Part shown: positions 1 through 9,413 of the stretch, in pieces
Layout of the letters: every line of letters begins with the position of its first letter
Numbering within the stretch: position 1 is the first letter of the stretch
Origin: Saprospiraceae bacterium
GTDB taxonomy: Bacteria > Bacteroidota > Bacteroidia > Chitinophagales > Saprospiraceae
NCBI GenBank assembly: GCA_035292505.1
Contig: DATDQA010000022.1
Location: 45,296 to 109,295 of the forward strand
Length of the DNA stretch: 64,000 nucleotides
Reading direction: 5' to 3'
The notes under the pieces: model-generated
The model's database searches: none
What the model saw: the letters and a program-made list of their open reading frames with translations, nothing else
What the model was told of the DNA's origin: nothing
Made by a program: the position numbers and the translations under genes

Positions 1-1321
1 CGAGTTGTTCCTCAAAGCGGGCACGCTGATCCAGAGGATCATTGAGTTCTGAGAACGCATTGGCAATTTCAGTACAATTACAGAAGGCTTCGAATCTTTC
101 AACGAGTCCTTCTTTACTCCTGTGTTTCTTTGCTAATGGAGACATCTCCACGGGATAGTCCGTGATAAAGGTAGGTTGCACTAAATGCGGCTGACACATT
201 TCACTGAAGATTTCATCAATGATCTTTCCTTTTGCCATCATCGGCTCAAGGTGCACTTTTAATTCGTGCGCCAATGACCTGAGTTGTTGTTCATTCATCG
301 TACTGATGTCTTTCCCTGTGTGTGCTGCAATTGCTTCATACATCGACATCCGCTTCCAGGGTCTTTTGAAATCAACGGTATTACTTCCTACAGTGATCAC
401 AGAAGTGCCATGAAGTCCTAAAACACATTTCTCAATCATCTCTTCGACAAGTTCCATCATCCAGATATAGTCTTTGTAGGCAACATAGAGTTCTATCTGA
501 GTGAACTCAGGATTGTGAAAGCGATCCATGCCTTCATTGCGAAAATCCTTTGAAAACTCATACACTCCATCATAACCTCCGACGATAAGTCTCTTGAGAT
601 AGAGTTCATTGGCGATACGGAGATAGAGGGTCATGTCGAGCGTATTGTGGTATGTCTTGAAAGGTCTTGCTGCTGCTCCACCATAGAGGGGTTGCAATAT
701 CGGTGTCTCTACCTCGACGTAGCCTTTCGCATTCAGATATTCACGCATGATCTGATAAATCTGTGTGCGTTTAATAAAGATGTCACGGACATGCGCATTG
801 ACAATCAAATCGACATAGCGCCTTCTGTACCTTAATTCCGGATCAGAAAAAGTATCATGTGTGACACCTTCCGCATCCACTTTCACGACGGGTAATGGAC
901 GAAGTGCTTTACTCAGGAGTTTGAATTCTTTGACACGTACGGAAATCTCACCGGTCTGGGTGCGGAATACTGTACCGGCCACACCCAGAAAATCGCCGAG
1001 ATCGAGATACCTCTTGAAGAAATCATTGTACAAGGCCTTATCCTCATCGGGACAGATTTCATCCCGGACGACATAGATCTGGATCCTGCCACTGCTATCT
1101 TGAAGTTCTGCAAAAGAAGCTTTTCCCATTACTCTTGTCATCATCATCCTGCCCGCGATGCGCACAATACCAAGCGACTCCGGAGAAGATTCAAATAACA
1201 GTTTTACTTCACTTGCATGATGAGTGACGTCGAAGATATCCGCCGGAAATGGATCAATGCCCATATCCATAATATGTTTCAGGTTCTCGCGCCGGACGAT
1301 TTCCTGTTCTGACAGTTTCAT
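1..1321 (-). CDS. lysS: lysine--tRNA ligase, class II (N-terminal ~440 aa; C-terminus lies beyond the left window edge)
   Basis: Absent from the ORF track because the frame is open at the window edge. Hand translation of the reverse strand from ATG 1321..1319 is uninterrupted: [26 protein letters not shown]...[28 protein letters not shown] (OB-fold region)...[10 protein letters not shown]...[20 protein letters not shown] (class II motif 2)...[15 protein letters not shown]. Confidence 0.9.
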   Translation of the reverse strand, partial: MKLSEQEIVRRENLKHIMDMGIDPFPADIFDVTHHASEVKLLFESSPESLGIVRIAGRMMMTRVMGKASFAELQDSSGRIQIYVVRDEICPDEDKALYNDFFKRYLDLGDFLGVAGTVFRTQTGEISVRVKEFKLLSKALRPLPVVKVDAEGVTHDTFSDPELRYRRRYVDLIVNAHVRDIFIKRTQIYQIMREYLNAKGYVEVETPILQPLYGGAAARPFKTYHNTLDMTLYLRIANELYLKRLIVGGYDGVYEFSKDFRNEGMDRFHNPEFTQIELYVAYKDYIWMMELVEEMIEKCVLGLHGTSVITVGSNTVDFKRPWKRMSMYEAIAAHTGKDISTMNEQQLRSLAHELKVHLEPMMAKGKIIDEIFSEMCQPHLVQPTFITDYPVEMSPLAKKHRSKEGLVERFEAFCNCTEIANAFSELNDPLDQRARFEEQL

Positions 1322-1378
1322 GCTTGAATTGTATTCGTGTAAAGGGCGCTAAAATAAGAAGGGCATGTTAAGGAAGTT

Positions 1379-1586
1379 TCTCGCAAAGGTATTCTCACGC
1401 AAAGCTGTAAAGATCGCAGGATGTTCAAGGTCGTAAAGATTTTCCCACGCAAGCTGCAAAGGTCGCCCCTGCGCGTCGTGATGTGAAATGAATTCCGTTT
1501 TGCGCCTTCGCGTCTTTGCGTGAAAATGACTCCCCCACCTTTCGCGTCTTTTTCTTTTTATTGTGCCCTTTCGCTTCTTTCGCGAA
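1379..1586. repeat. Array of degenerate CGCAAAG-type units in the lysS-priA divergent intergenic region. Forward copies lie on the left and reverse-complement copies on the right.
   Basis: Read directly. Forward: CGCAAAG 1382-1388, CACGCAAAG 1396-1404, CACGCAAG 1446-1453, TGCAAAGG 1455-1462. Inverted: CTTTGCGTG 1514-1522, CTTTCGCG 1539-1546, CTTTCGC 1568-1574, CTTTCGCG 1577-1584. Track ORFs 1516..1752 and 1520..1717 are probably read-through of this repeat. Confidence 0.6.
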
Positions 1587-1631
1587 TATATTCCATTCGC
1601 GGACGTATTTTCGGCACCAATCCTTCTTCCA

Positions 1632-4088
1632 TTGGAAAAATCAAACCAACCCCAATATATCGAAGTTGTCCTCCCAATCGCCCTACCGAAGCCATATACT
1701 TACCATGTCCCTCTTGAATTTCAAACCCGCATCCAGTATGGAATCCGTGTAGAAGTCCAGTTCGGAAAGTCGAAGCGCTATGCCGCTATCGTTGTAAGCA
1801 CAGGTATGGCATCACCCGAATACAAAACCAAAGCAATCATCGATGTCATCGACGACACACCAGTGATCACTCGTCTGCAATATGCTTTCTGGCAATGGAT
1901 GAGCGAATACTACTGCTGTACGATCGGTGATGTCATGAATGCTGCATTACCTGCCGCAATGAAGTTGTCCAGCGAGACAAGTGTCTATCTGATTCACCCA
2001 CCCGAAGAAGATGATCTCATTGAACTATCTGCACATACACGTACGGTCATCGAAGCCTTGTCGCACCGCACAGAACTCACGTTGGATGAAATCCGGAAGC
2101 TGCTCGCAATACAATCCGTCCTTCCAGTCATTCATTTACTCTATGCGCGCGGATATATTGCTGTGAAGGAAGAACTCATCGACATTTACAAACCGAAGAT
2201 CGAAAAGTATATCCGTCTCGCACCCCATTTCAGAAATGACGATAAGGCAATGCACGAAGCGCTCGACCTGACACTGCGATCGGAAAAACAAACGCAGGCA
2301 CTTTTGCACCTCTTCAGACTTACGCGAAGCACACCAGAGGTTCTGCAAAAGACCGTTATCCATGCTGCAGAAATCGACACCAATGTCATCAAGGCTCTTG
2401 AGAAGAAGGGGATTCTCGAAGTTGTGTCCCGGGAGGAGAATCGCATTGAACTCGATGAGGATGAACCAACACCGGAGATCATGCTGAATCCGGATCAGGA
2501 GCAGGCATGTGAACGGATTCGAAATATCTGGACGGAGAAGCACGTCGTCCTTCTCCATGGTGTCACCGGCAGTGGTAAGACATGGGTGTACAAAAAGCTC
2601 TTGCAGGAAGCTCAACAACGTGGGCAACAAACGCTTTATCTCCTGCCTGAAATTGCGCTTACAGTACAAGTTGTACAGCGCTTGCGAAGAATCTTTGGAA
2701 ATCAGATTGTGATCGCGCATTCCGCCTTAAGCAATAATGAACGTGTCGATCTCTGGAAGCGCGTGATGGAAGGCGCGCCCTTTATTCTTGGAGTGAGGTC
2801 AAGCGTGTTTTTACCCTTTAAAGACCTCGGCGTGATTGTTGTCGATGAAGAACATGATAGTTCCTTCAAACAAGCTGATCCCGCACCAAGATATCATGGA
2901 AGGGATGCCGCCATATATCTCGCGACGCTGTGTGATGCGCGTGTCCTACTCGGTAGTGCGACACCATCTATAGAGACCTTCTTCAATGCTAAGTTGGGGA
3001 AGTATGGTTTTGTAGAAATGCGTACACGCTACCTGGATGTACGCATGCCGGATATGCATCTCGTTGATCTCAGGAAACATCGCCTTGCAAAGAACTCACA
3101 GTTCTCACAAGTTCTTGTCGATGGCATCAAAAAAACACTCGATGCGCATCAACAGGTGATCATCTTCAAGAATAGAAGAGGATATGCTCCACTCGTCCGG
3201 TGTCAACTTTGCGGCTGGCATGCGATGTGTGATCAGTGTGATGTGAGTATGACCTATCACAAATTCAATAATAATCTGCACTGTCATCTCTGCGGATCGC
3301 AACGCCCTGTCCCTGTACAATGTCCCGCTTGCGGATCGACGGACATCATTCTCGAAGGTCATGGTACACAGAAGATTGAAGATGAACTGAAAGTGATCTT
3401 TCCGGATGCGCGCGTAGCCAGATTGGATTATGACAGCACCCGAAGTAAGTTTTCCTATCAGAAGATTATCGATGACTTCGAGCGACAAGCAGTTGATATT
3501 CTTGTTGGCACGCAGATGGTGACGAAAGGTTTAGACTTTGATCATGTGGGTCTGGTCGGGGTCGTACATGCCGATCAGCAATTATACTTCCCACATTTCC
3601 GTGCCCTGGAACGCACTTTCCAACTCCTCGTACAAGTGAGTGGACGTGCAGGTCGCAAAGAAACCGCGGGCAATGTCATTGTCCAGACATACAATCCATC
3701 GCATGCTGTGTTTGCAGATGTTGGATTCAATGATTATCTCTCCTTCTACAACCGCGAGATCGCAGAACGTGAACACTGGGCCTATCCACCCTTTGTCCAC
3801 CTCATCAAAATCACCGTGAAACATCCGGACAGGCATGTCGTCCGGCAGGCAGCTGGTGAACTCGCAAAGCGTCTTCGCCTGCGCATCACACGCGGTGTTC
3901 TTGGTCCTGCAGAACCACGTATCGGGAAAGTGCGAAATCAGTACATTATGAATCTCGGACTGAAGATCGGTCGTGTGACCGGACGAAGTAGTCAGATGAA
4001 AGCGATAGTTCTGGAGGAGATTACGACACTGAAGAGACAGAAAGGGATGACGACGGTGCGGGTGAATGTGGATGTAGATCCCGGTTGA
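1632..4088 (+). CDS. priA: primosomal replication-restart helicase PriA
   Basis: Track ORF 1563..4088. Motifs: Walker A LLHGVTGSGKT, DEEH box VVDEEHDSSFK, Cys-rich Zn insert CQLCGWHAMCDQCDVSMTYHKFNNNLHCHLCG...CPACGS, helicase C-terminal TQMVTKGLDF. The start is uncertain. There is no in-frame ATG before the conserved N-terminus, and TTG 1632 (EKSNQPQYIEVVLPIALP) avoids the upstream repeat. GTG 1563 is the maximal alternative. Confidence 0.9.
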   Translation: MEKSNQPQYIEVVLPIALPKPYTYHVPLEFQTRIQYGIRVEVQFGKSKRYAAIVVSTGMASPEYKTKAIIDVIDDTPVITRLQYAFWQWMSEYYCCTIGDVMNAALPAAMKLSSETSVYLIHPPEEDDLIELSAHTRTVIEALSHRTELTLDEIRKLLAIQSVLPVIHLLYARGYIAVKEELIDIYKPKIEKYIRLAPHFRNDDKAMHEALDLTLRSEKQTQALLHLFRLTRSTPEVLQKTVIHAAEIDTNVIKALEKKGILEVVSREENRIELDEDEPTPEIMLNPDQEQACERIRNIWTEKHVVLLHGVTGSGKTWVYKKLLQEAQQRGQQTLYLLPEIALTVQVVQRLRRIFGNQIVIAHSALSNNERVDLWKRVMEGAPFILGVRSSVFLPFKDLGVIVVDEEHDSSFKQADPAPRYHGRDAAIYLATLCDARVLLGSATPSIETFFNAKLGKYGFVEMRTRYLDVRMPDMHLVDLRKHRLAKNSQFSQVLVDGIKKTLDAHQQVIIFKNRRGYAPLVRCQLCGWHAMCDQCDVSMTYHKFNNNLHCHLCGSQRPVPVQCPACGSTDIILEGHGTQKIEDELKVIFPDARVARLDYDSTRSKFSYQKIIDDFERQAVDILVGTQMVTKGLDFDHVGLVGVVHADQQLYFPHFRALERTFQLLVQVSGRAGRKETAGNVIVQTYNPSHAVFADVGFNDYLSFYNREIAEREHWAYPPFVHLIKITVKHPDRHVVRQAAGELAKRLRLRITRGVLGPAEPRIGKVRNQYIMNLGLKIGRVTGRSSQMKAIVLEEITTLKRQKGMTTVRVNVDVDPG

Positions 4089-4104
4089 GGAAATTTTCAA
4101 TTCC

Positions 4105-4178
4105 TGCCTGCCGGTGCCACAGGCATCCCGTTGGGGCAGGCAAGGCTTGATTCGCAATTGTCAATTCATCAAGACTTG
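4105..4178. terminator. Two consecutive stem-loops between the priA 3' end and the tRNA-Ala 3' end. Terminator function is uncertain because there is no clean U-tract.
   Basis: TGCCTGCC 4105-4112 pairs with GGCAGGCA 4135-4142. CAAGGCTTGAT 4141-4151 pairs with ATCAAGACTTG 4168-4178 (one mismatch). Confidence 0.3.
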
Positions 4179-4209
4179 CCTTATAGCAGTAGAAAATCGA
4201 GAATCGCCG

Positions 4210-4283
4210 TGGAGATAGGGGGATTCGAACCCCCGACTTCTTGCATGCCATGCAAGCACTCTAGCCAACTGAGCTATATCCCC
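4210..4283 (-). tRNA. tRNA-Ala (anticodon GGC)
   Basis: Reverse strand reads GGGGATATAGCTCAGTTGGCTAGAGTGCTTGCATGGCATGCAAGAAGTCGGGGGTTCGAATCCCCCTATCTCCA. It has a G3:U70 Ala identity pair, anticodon loop AUGGCAU and a GGTTCGAATCC T-arm. CCA is not encoded. Confidence 0.92.
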
Positions 4284-4361
4284 TTTATGAAGCCAGAAAG
4301 ATACTGATATCCCATTACCATGTAAATGGTTTGCCGGATATTGCAGTAGGAAACAAGTCTG

Positions 4362-5117
4362 ATGAATATCATTTACCGGATCCGTGGCATATGTCGATTG
4401 TGCAATCTCTTTGTGTTCACACTATACTATCTGATCCTCACTGTCAGGGGTGTGAGGTCAGGTATAAGTATCGCTGAAGGCCTGGAGATCAGGAGGAAAT
4501 GGAGTGAGGGCTTCGTGAAGCGTCTGGGGTTCAGGATCGAGTGGGAAGGATCCTTTTCTGAAGATGAGACATATCTTTTTGTAGGTAATCATCGGTGCTC
4601 TCTGGATCCGCAGGTAGTGATGGCAAAGATCAAAGCATTCCCCGTCTCACGCGCAGAGGTACGTAACTGGCCTCTGGTCGGTAAAGGATCAGCAGCAACA
4701 GGAATCATCTTCGTCGATAAGTCCAGCAAGGAATCGCGCAGCCAGGTAAAATCTATCCTGCTTGATGAAATGCGCAAAGGGAATAGTGTCTTAATTTTTC
4801 CGGAAGGACAAACGAATATCAATCCCACAACGACAACATTCCAAAAAGGATCTTTCGAACAAGCTGCTACAGGAGGATTCAGCGTTGTGCCTTTCGTGAT
4901 AGAATACAAGGATACCCGTGACTATTGGGATCACACGGATAGTTTCGCCGTCCATCTGATCAAGCGTTTCGGCAAGCCGGTCACACATGTCAAGGTCGTC
5001 TTTGGCCCATCCCTAGCATCAGAAAATGCCTGGACATTACTCCGGAGTTCACAAAAATGGATCGATGACAAGATTATGGAAGTACGCGAGAAATGGGATA
5101 GCTCAGCACAAGTATAA
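4362..5117 (+). CDS. lysophospholipid (1-acyl-sn-glycerol-3-phosphate) acyltransferase family protein
   Basis: N-terminal TM helix. HX4D acyltransferase motif in FVGNHRCSLDP and block III FPEGQT. Confidence 0.8.
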   Translation: MNIIYRIRGICRLCNLFVFTLYYLILTVRGVRSGISIAEGLEIRRKWSEGFVKRLGFRIEWEGSFSEDETYLFVGNHRCSLDPQVVMAKIKAFPVSRAEVRNWPLVGKGSAATGIIFVDKSSKESRSQVKSILLDEMRKGNSVLIFPEGQTNINPTTTTFQKGSFEQAATGGFSVVPFVIEYKDTRDYWDHTDSFAVHLIKRFGKPVTHVKVVFGPSLASENAWTLLRSSQKWIDDKIMEVREKWDSSAQV

Positions 5118-5267
5118 GATATCTTCTCAGAACAAATATCACCCGATCTGCTCGACCTCTGCTCGTAGCTTATCTCTTTCTTTCAATATTGTTCAATGTC
5201 CGATCATGGACACCTTATGTGAAATGAGATGATGTTGGCCTGGACACTGATAGGCCTATTTTAAAAT

Positions 5268-5300
5268 GAAAAGGCACCGAAACAAGCTCAGTGCCTTTTC
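5268..5300. terminator. Bidirectional rho-independent terminator for the acyltransferase (+) and tRNA-fMet (-)
   Basis: GAAAAGGCAC (5268-5277), 13-nt loop, GTGCCTTTTC (5291-5300). There are A/T runs on both sides. Confidence 0.6.
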
Positions 5301-5307
5301 ACTTTCG

Positions 5308-5380
<73 letters not shown>

Positions 5381-5407
5381 ATGTAATTTCCAGGTTCAAT
5401 CTCTTTT

Positions 5408-5476
5408 TTGAACCTTCGTTAAGCCTTATATATCCGACGAGCTACTCCCGCTGTACAGTGGAAGTCCACTCCGTGG
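5408..5476 (-). pseudogene. Decayed tRNA-Met-like relic immediately upstream of tRNA-fMet
   Basis: The reverse strand shares ordered blocks with the neighbouring tRNA: CGGAGTGGA, GTAGCTCGTCGG, ATAA, CGAAGG, TTCAA. The D-loop carries an insertion, the anticodon loop is ATATATAA, and the 3' acceptor arm is missing. Confidence 0.35.
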
Positions 5477-5764
5477 TATAGCCTTTTTTGATTAAGGGAG
5501 TGCAAATATAGCACATTTTGGATGGCTCAAAGCTGCCTGTAAATCGCTGTGAAGCTTACTTTTTGCTCTCGGGACTCTTAATTGTTTAGCAGTGTTTCAA
5601 CGCCGCGGGGAGTTGTTGATGTATTTCGCCCCGGGATTTCTGCCTCATCCTTCCGAATCTTCAGGGTATTACTTTGAGTTTTCACCCTGTCCATTTCTTC
5701 TGAAAGGGCCGCCGGTGAGGGGCCGGTTATCCTCTGATGACATTCGAGTATGTGTTTGAGCTTC

Positions 5765-7183
5765 CTACTTCCCTTTTCCCTGAAACAACACAAGAATCGT
5801 ATAAAACAGAATCTTGAAATCCAAACCCAATGACATATTTTCGATATAGAGAATGTCGAACTTCAGCCTCTGTACCATCTGATCTACGGTCGACGCATAG
5901 CCGTATTTCACCTGGCCCCATGAGGTGATACCCGGACGCACTTTGAGCAAGTGTTTGTAGTGTGGCGCTCGTTGCATGATTTGGTCTATAAAGTATGCGC
6001 GTTCAGGTCTCGGGCCGACAAGTGACATCTCGCCTTTTAGTACATTCCAGAACTGCGGAATCTCATCAAGCCTCCATTTCCGCATTTTCGCTCCCCAGGG
6101 TGTACAACGCTCATCTTCTTCATGTGAAAGTTGGGGACCATTCGTCTCCGCATTATTGTACATAGATCGGAACTTATGGATCCTGAATGGTTTCCCATTC
6201 AATCCAATGCGATCCTGCGAGTAAATAACCGGACCTGGCGAAGATAGCTTGACACGTAACGCCACATAGATAAATACCGGAAGGAGTACCAACATGAGGA
6301 GTGCGCTGACAATGACATCAATTAACCGCTTCAACAAAATCTCCCACAAGGGCATCAGGCCATGCTTGATCTCGATGAATACTGCACCATATGGATAATT
6401 CATCTTCACCGTGCCGAGCATGATGTCGTACATGTCAGGGATGATTTTTGTCAGGACGCGATCGTCATAGTCGAATAGTGTGTTGAGGATGCCGGAAAGC
6501 TTACCGTGCTCAGAGGTTTCGATGGCAATAATCGCCTCCTCGACATTATGCTGATCAATGACAGTGTTAAGTGTTTTGACGGTCCCCAGTTTCGGCAGTC
6601 GCTTCTCCAAGGAATTCTCGCTATAGCCATTAGCATCGATAAATCCAATAAAGTGATTTCCAAGACTTCTTTTGCGCGAAATGATTTCCTCATACAGTTC
6701 CACAGCTTTCTGATTTCCTCCAATGATGATCGTGTTGTAAGAAATCTTTCCACTCTTGAGCCTGTTGCTCGCCCATGTCAGAATAATCATCCTGCTCAAC
6801 ACAGTAAGGCTGAAGTGCAATACAAACAAAACCAGCAAGGAGGAAATATAATCGGAACGTCCCATCACGAAATCGTCCAGAATCAATGTAAAGAACAAGA
6901 TCAATACTCCGCTGAAAGACAGGAAAAAGGTTCGTGCGAGGGTTGTAAACCGCGACAGTCGATAGATGTCCCGATATCTGTCGAAGACCCAGTAAAACAG
7001 GATCCATCCAAAAGGCACGATGAAAACACTATACCAGAAGTTCATATCCTGCCATAGTCCTTCTTCAATCGTTTTGCCCTCCCGGGATGCACGATAGATA
7101 TAGAAGCATGTCCACGCGAGCATTGCTGCGAGAAAATCTGCGCAGGCATAGAGAAACATATGGAACATGCGCCGTCTCTTCAT
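5765..7183 (-). CDS. polyprenyl-phosphate glycosyl-1-phosphate transferase (bacterial sugar transferase, WbaP/EpsB-like)
   Basis: N-terminal TM bundle, a central Rossmann-like segment (YNTIIIGGNQKAVELYEEI), and a PGT core: KRLIDVIVSALLMLVLLPVF...GPVIYSQDRIG..KFRSM...RLDEIPQFWNVLKGEMSLVGPRPE...PGITSWGQV. Confidence 0.9.
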   Translation of the reverse strand: MKRRRMFHMFLYACADFLAAMLAWTCFYIYRASREGKTIEEGLWQDMNFWYSVFIVPFGWILFYWVFDRYRDIYRLSRFTTLARTFFLSFSGVLILFFTLILDDFVMGRSDYISSLLVLFVLHFSLTVLSRMIILTWASNRLKSGKISYNTIIIGGNQKAVELYEEIISRKRSLGNHFIGFIDANGYSENSLEKRLPKLGTVKTLNTVIDQHNVEEAIIAIETSEHGKLSGILNTLFDYDDRVLTKIIPDMYDIMLGTVKMNYPYGAVFIEIKHGLMPLWEILLKRLIDVIVSALLMLVLLPVFIYVALRVKLSSPGPVIYSQDRIGLNGKPFRIHKFRSMYNNAETNGPQLSHEEDERCTPWGAKMRKWRLDEIPQFWNVLKGEMSLVGPRPERAYFIDQIMQRAPHYKHLLKVRPGITSWGQVKYGYASTVDQMVQRLKFDILYIENMSLGLDFKILFYTILVLFQGKGK

Positions 7184-8058
7184 TGGGCTATATGCACGAG
7201 CTTCATGTTATCAAGAAAAATTTCGGACCGTTCCAGGGCAGAATCATGTGCAGCCGTATACAACACCTGGTAGCCGTCCAATTGCGATGCCCGAAAAGCT
7301 GGGGTTAATTCAACATAGACTTTATTCCAATCTTCCTGTGGTCTCAATACCAGAATGGAAACAGATGCCGGCTCAATGCCCTGGCCATGCCCCACAAGTC
7401 CTATGCTGAATTCAACATTGTTTTTGTAATGCAATTCGAGATAAACAGGAGTACCATTCACAGGAAGATCTGTGAGAACAGGAACACTGGCGACCTGTAT
7501 AAAATCAGCGTCATTTGTGAGTACAATCCTTCCAGAGCCATTCCCTTCAAAAGCACCGTCCGCAATCCGCTCTACAAACGTTGCAGGGTCATCATCAAGA
7601 TCATCCGTGAGACGGTGCGAAGATTCGAAATCCTCAATGTATGCGATTATCGCATTTGACCTGTACCGTGTGTGCATATCGATCGTGAGAGTCTCCCCGG
7701 GAATGAGAGTTGCGGAGATCGTATAAGGTTCGAAAAACGGGTAAAAGTCCGCGGTGGATTGAATACCGTTCACACGAATACCAGGAAAGAGCATCAATTC
7801 CACCTGTCCTGATGCGATCAACGGAATAACAGCTGGAACGCTATAGGCACCGACGAAATTATCATTGAAGTATACCCATACTTCTCCAAATTTCTGCCGT
7901 GTGGTTCCCGTTCCTGAAACCGGCTCAACGGTAATCTGATCTACCTGGATATAAGCCGGCACCGGGTCTGCAGGATTGATGATGTCGCAGCCCGAGATGA
8001 TCGCAATCAACGCAATAAGCGTGAGGTTACAGATGAAATTGTTTGCTGCTTGCATCAA
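7180..8058 (-). CDS. hypothetical lipoprotein (no family recognised)
   Basis: Lipobox LIAIISGC near the N-terminus. The TCAT overlap at 7180-7183 joins it to the downstream sugar transferase. Its start overlaps the upstream oxidoreductase by 32 nt. Confidence 0.6.
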   Translation of the reverse strand: MMQAANNFICNLTLIALIAIISGCDIINPADPVPAYIQVDQITVEPVSGTGTTRQKFGEVWVYFNDNFVGAYSVPAVIPLIASGQVELMLFPGIRVNGIQSTADFYPFFEPYTISATLIPGETLTIDMHTRYRSNAIIAYIEDFESSHRLTDDLDDDPATFVERIADGAFEGNGSGRIVLTNDADFIQVASVPVLTDLPVNGTPVYLELHYKNNVEFSIGLVGHGQGIEPASVSILVLRPQEDWNKVYVELTPAFRASQLDGYQVLYTAAHDSALERSEIFLDNMKLVHIAQ

Positions 8059-9022
8059 TTGCTTCTAAAATTTTTTGTATCGCATCAAGTGAGGCAATAC
8101 CGTCATCGATGGTGACATCGGGTGTTCTGTCTTCTATAATCGCCAAAGCAAAACGCTGCAACTCTGTCTGGATTGCATTTACTGCCTTTACTTCCGGCTT
8201 TATACGTTGAATCCATTTCGTCTTGCCCTGGAATGACACTGGCAGTACAAACCCTTGCATCTCCACAGGCTGCTCATCATACATCCTGACAATCTCCGTT
8301 TCTTTCTCTAAAAAATCAATACTCATATAAGCGTCACGTTGGAAGAGCCGCAACTTGCGCATACTCTTGAGACTGATTCTGCTGGCTGTGAGGTTGGCAA
8401 CAGCGCCATTGTCAAAGGTAATCCTTGCATTGCAGATATCATGCTGTTCGCTGACCACAGAAACACCATTTGCCTGAATACTTACAATTTCTCCCGGGAT
8501 CAGCTCTCTGACGATGTCCAGGTCATGAATCATCAGGTCATGCACCACGCTCACCTCAGTGCCACGTGGATTAAATTGCGCCAGCCTGTGCCCTTCGATG
8601 AACATCGGACGTGGATTCCAGGCTTTCGCCGCCTGGAAAGCCGGGTTATAACGTTCTACATGTCCAACCTGGATTTTCAGGTTCTTCTTTTCGGCAAGTG
8701 ATTTCAATTCTCTCGCTTCTGTGGCCAGATCAGTCACTGGTTTCTCCGCAAAGACATGACAACCTCCTTCCAATCCTGCATGGATGAGCCGGTGATGTGT
8801 CGGGGTTGGAGAGACGATGTCAATGACTTCACATGCTGCAATGAGCAGATCCGGCTCTTCAAAATGAGCCAATTCAAATTCAGTACTGACGAGTTTTTGC
8901 GTATCCGGATTAGGATCATGAAATCCTACGATTGTATACTCAGGGATACCTTGCAGACACTTCAGGTGGATTTTCCCAAGATGACCGGCGCCAAATACTC
9001 CAATACGTAACGGTGTTCTCAT
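8027..9022 (-). CDS. Gfo/Idh/MocA-family NAD(P)-dependent oxidoreductase
   Basis: N-terminal Rossmann motif MRTPLRIGVFGAGHLGKIH and the family EKP motif (FAEKPV). Start taken at ATG 9022. ATG 9043 (MNYERKT...) is an alternative. The track maximal ORF (to 9136) runs into the upstream gene. Confidence 0.8.
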   Translation of the reverse strand: MRTPLRIGVFGAGHLGKIHLKCLQGIPEYTIVGFHDPNPDTQKLVSTEFELAHFEEPDLLIAACEVIDIVSPTPTHHRLIHAGLEGGCHVFAEKPVTDLATEARELKSLAEKKNLKIQVGHVERYNPAFQAAKAWNPRPMFIEGHRLAQFNPRGTEVSVVHDLMIHDLDIVRELIPGEIVSIQANGVSVVSEQHDICNARITFDNGAVANLTASRISLKSMRKLRLFQRDAYMSIDFLEKETEIVRMYDEQPVEMQGFVLPVSFQGKTKWIQRIKPEVKAVNAIQTELQRFALAIIEDRTPDVTIDDGIASLDAIQKILEAIDASSKQFHL

Positions 9023-9045
9023 AGTTTTTCGCTCATAATTCATAG

Positions 9046-9411
9046 TTAATGGTTCCGCAGAAGCACAAAACCGAAGATGATCACCAATACGACAAATACT
9101 GTAGCCATCCACATGGTGAGACGCATATTCCTGCAAAACGTTGTGATGGATACACGCATATGCGGATATCTGTCTATCATGGATTGCATGCGTATTTCAG
9201 AAAAGATTTCTGCAGTACCAAAGTCAATCCTGTTATCTATCAGGATCCGATAATGTCTGAAGATCTTCACCCTGAAGTAGACATTGAGGAGAAAAAAGCC
9301 AGCAAACAGAACTGCCAGGATTCCAAAGATCGGCTTCACCTTTAAGATGCTTTGCAAGTTTTCAGATCCCGGTGAAGATAACGAAGCATACGTTTGCCGG
9401 ATAATCGACAT
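9046..9411 (-). CDS. small hypothetical membrane protein (two predicted TM helices)
   Basis: Hydrophobic segments PIFGILAVLFAGFFLLNVYF and MWMATVFVVLVIIFGFVLL. ATG 9411 lies 2 nt after the alaS stop. GTG 9417 would overlap the stop as GTGA. Confidence 0.5.
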   Translation of the reverse strand: MSIIRQTYASLSSPGSENLQSILKVKPIFGILAVLFAGFFLLNVYFRVKIFRHYRILIDNRIDFGTAEIFSEIRMQSMIDRYPHMRVSITTFCRNMRLTMWMATVFVVLVIIFGFVLLRNH

Positions 9412-9413
9412 GA

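Noticed and set aside
2136-2720. A 194-aa ORF antisense to priA. Similar long antisense ORFs occur at 6506..7057 (in the sugar transferase), 10347..10937 (in alaS), 43577..44047 (in porU), 16044..16442 and 15658..16062 (in lpxC/fabZ).
   Set aside because: Each lies entirely inside a strongly supported gene on the other strand. The translations are low-complexity or Cys/Ser/Arg-rich with no motifs. They are typical shadow ORFs.
4284-5307. The PlsC-type acyltransferase gene bracketed by two tRNA genes on the opposite strand. Considered as a mini-island.
   Set aside because: It is only one ordinary lipid-metabolism gene. There is no integrase, no direct repeats of the tRNA 3' ends flanking it, and no obvious compositional break visible by eye.
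5578-5793. A 71-aa minus-strand ORF downstream of, and overlapping, the sugar transferase 3' end. Considered as a possible small protein.
   Set aside because: It overlaps the transferase stop region by 29 nt in another frame. It has no motif or hydrophobic segment and a Ser/Thr/Arg-rich composition. There is no independent support.
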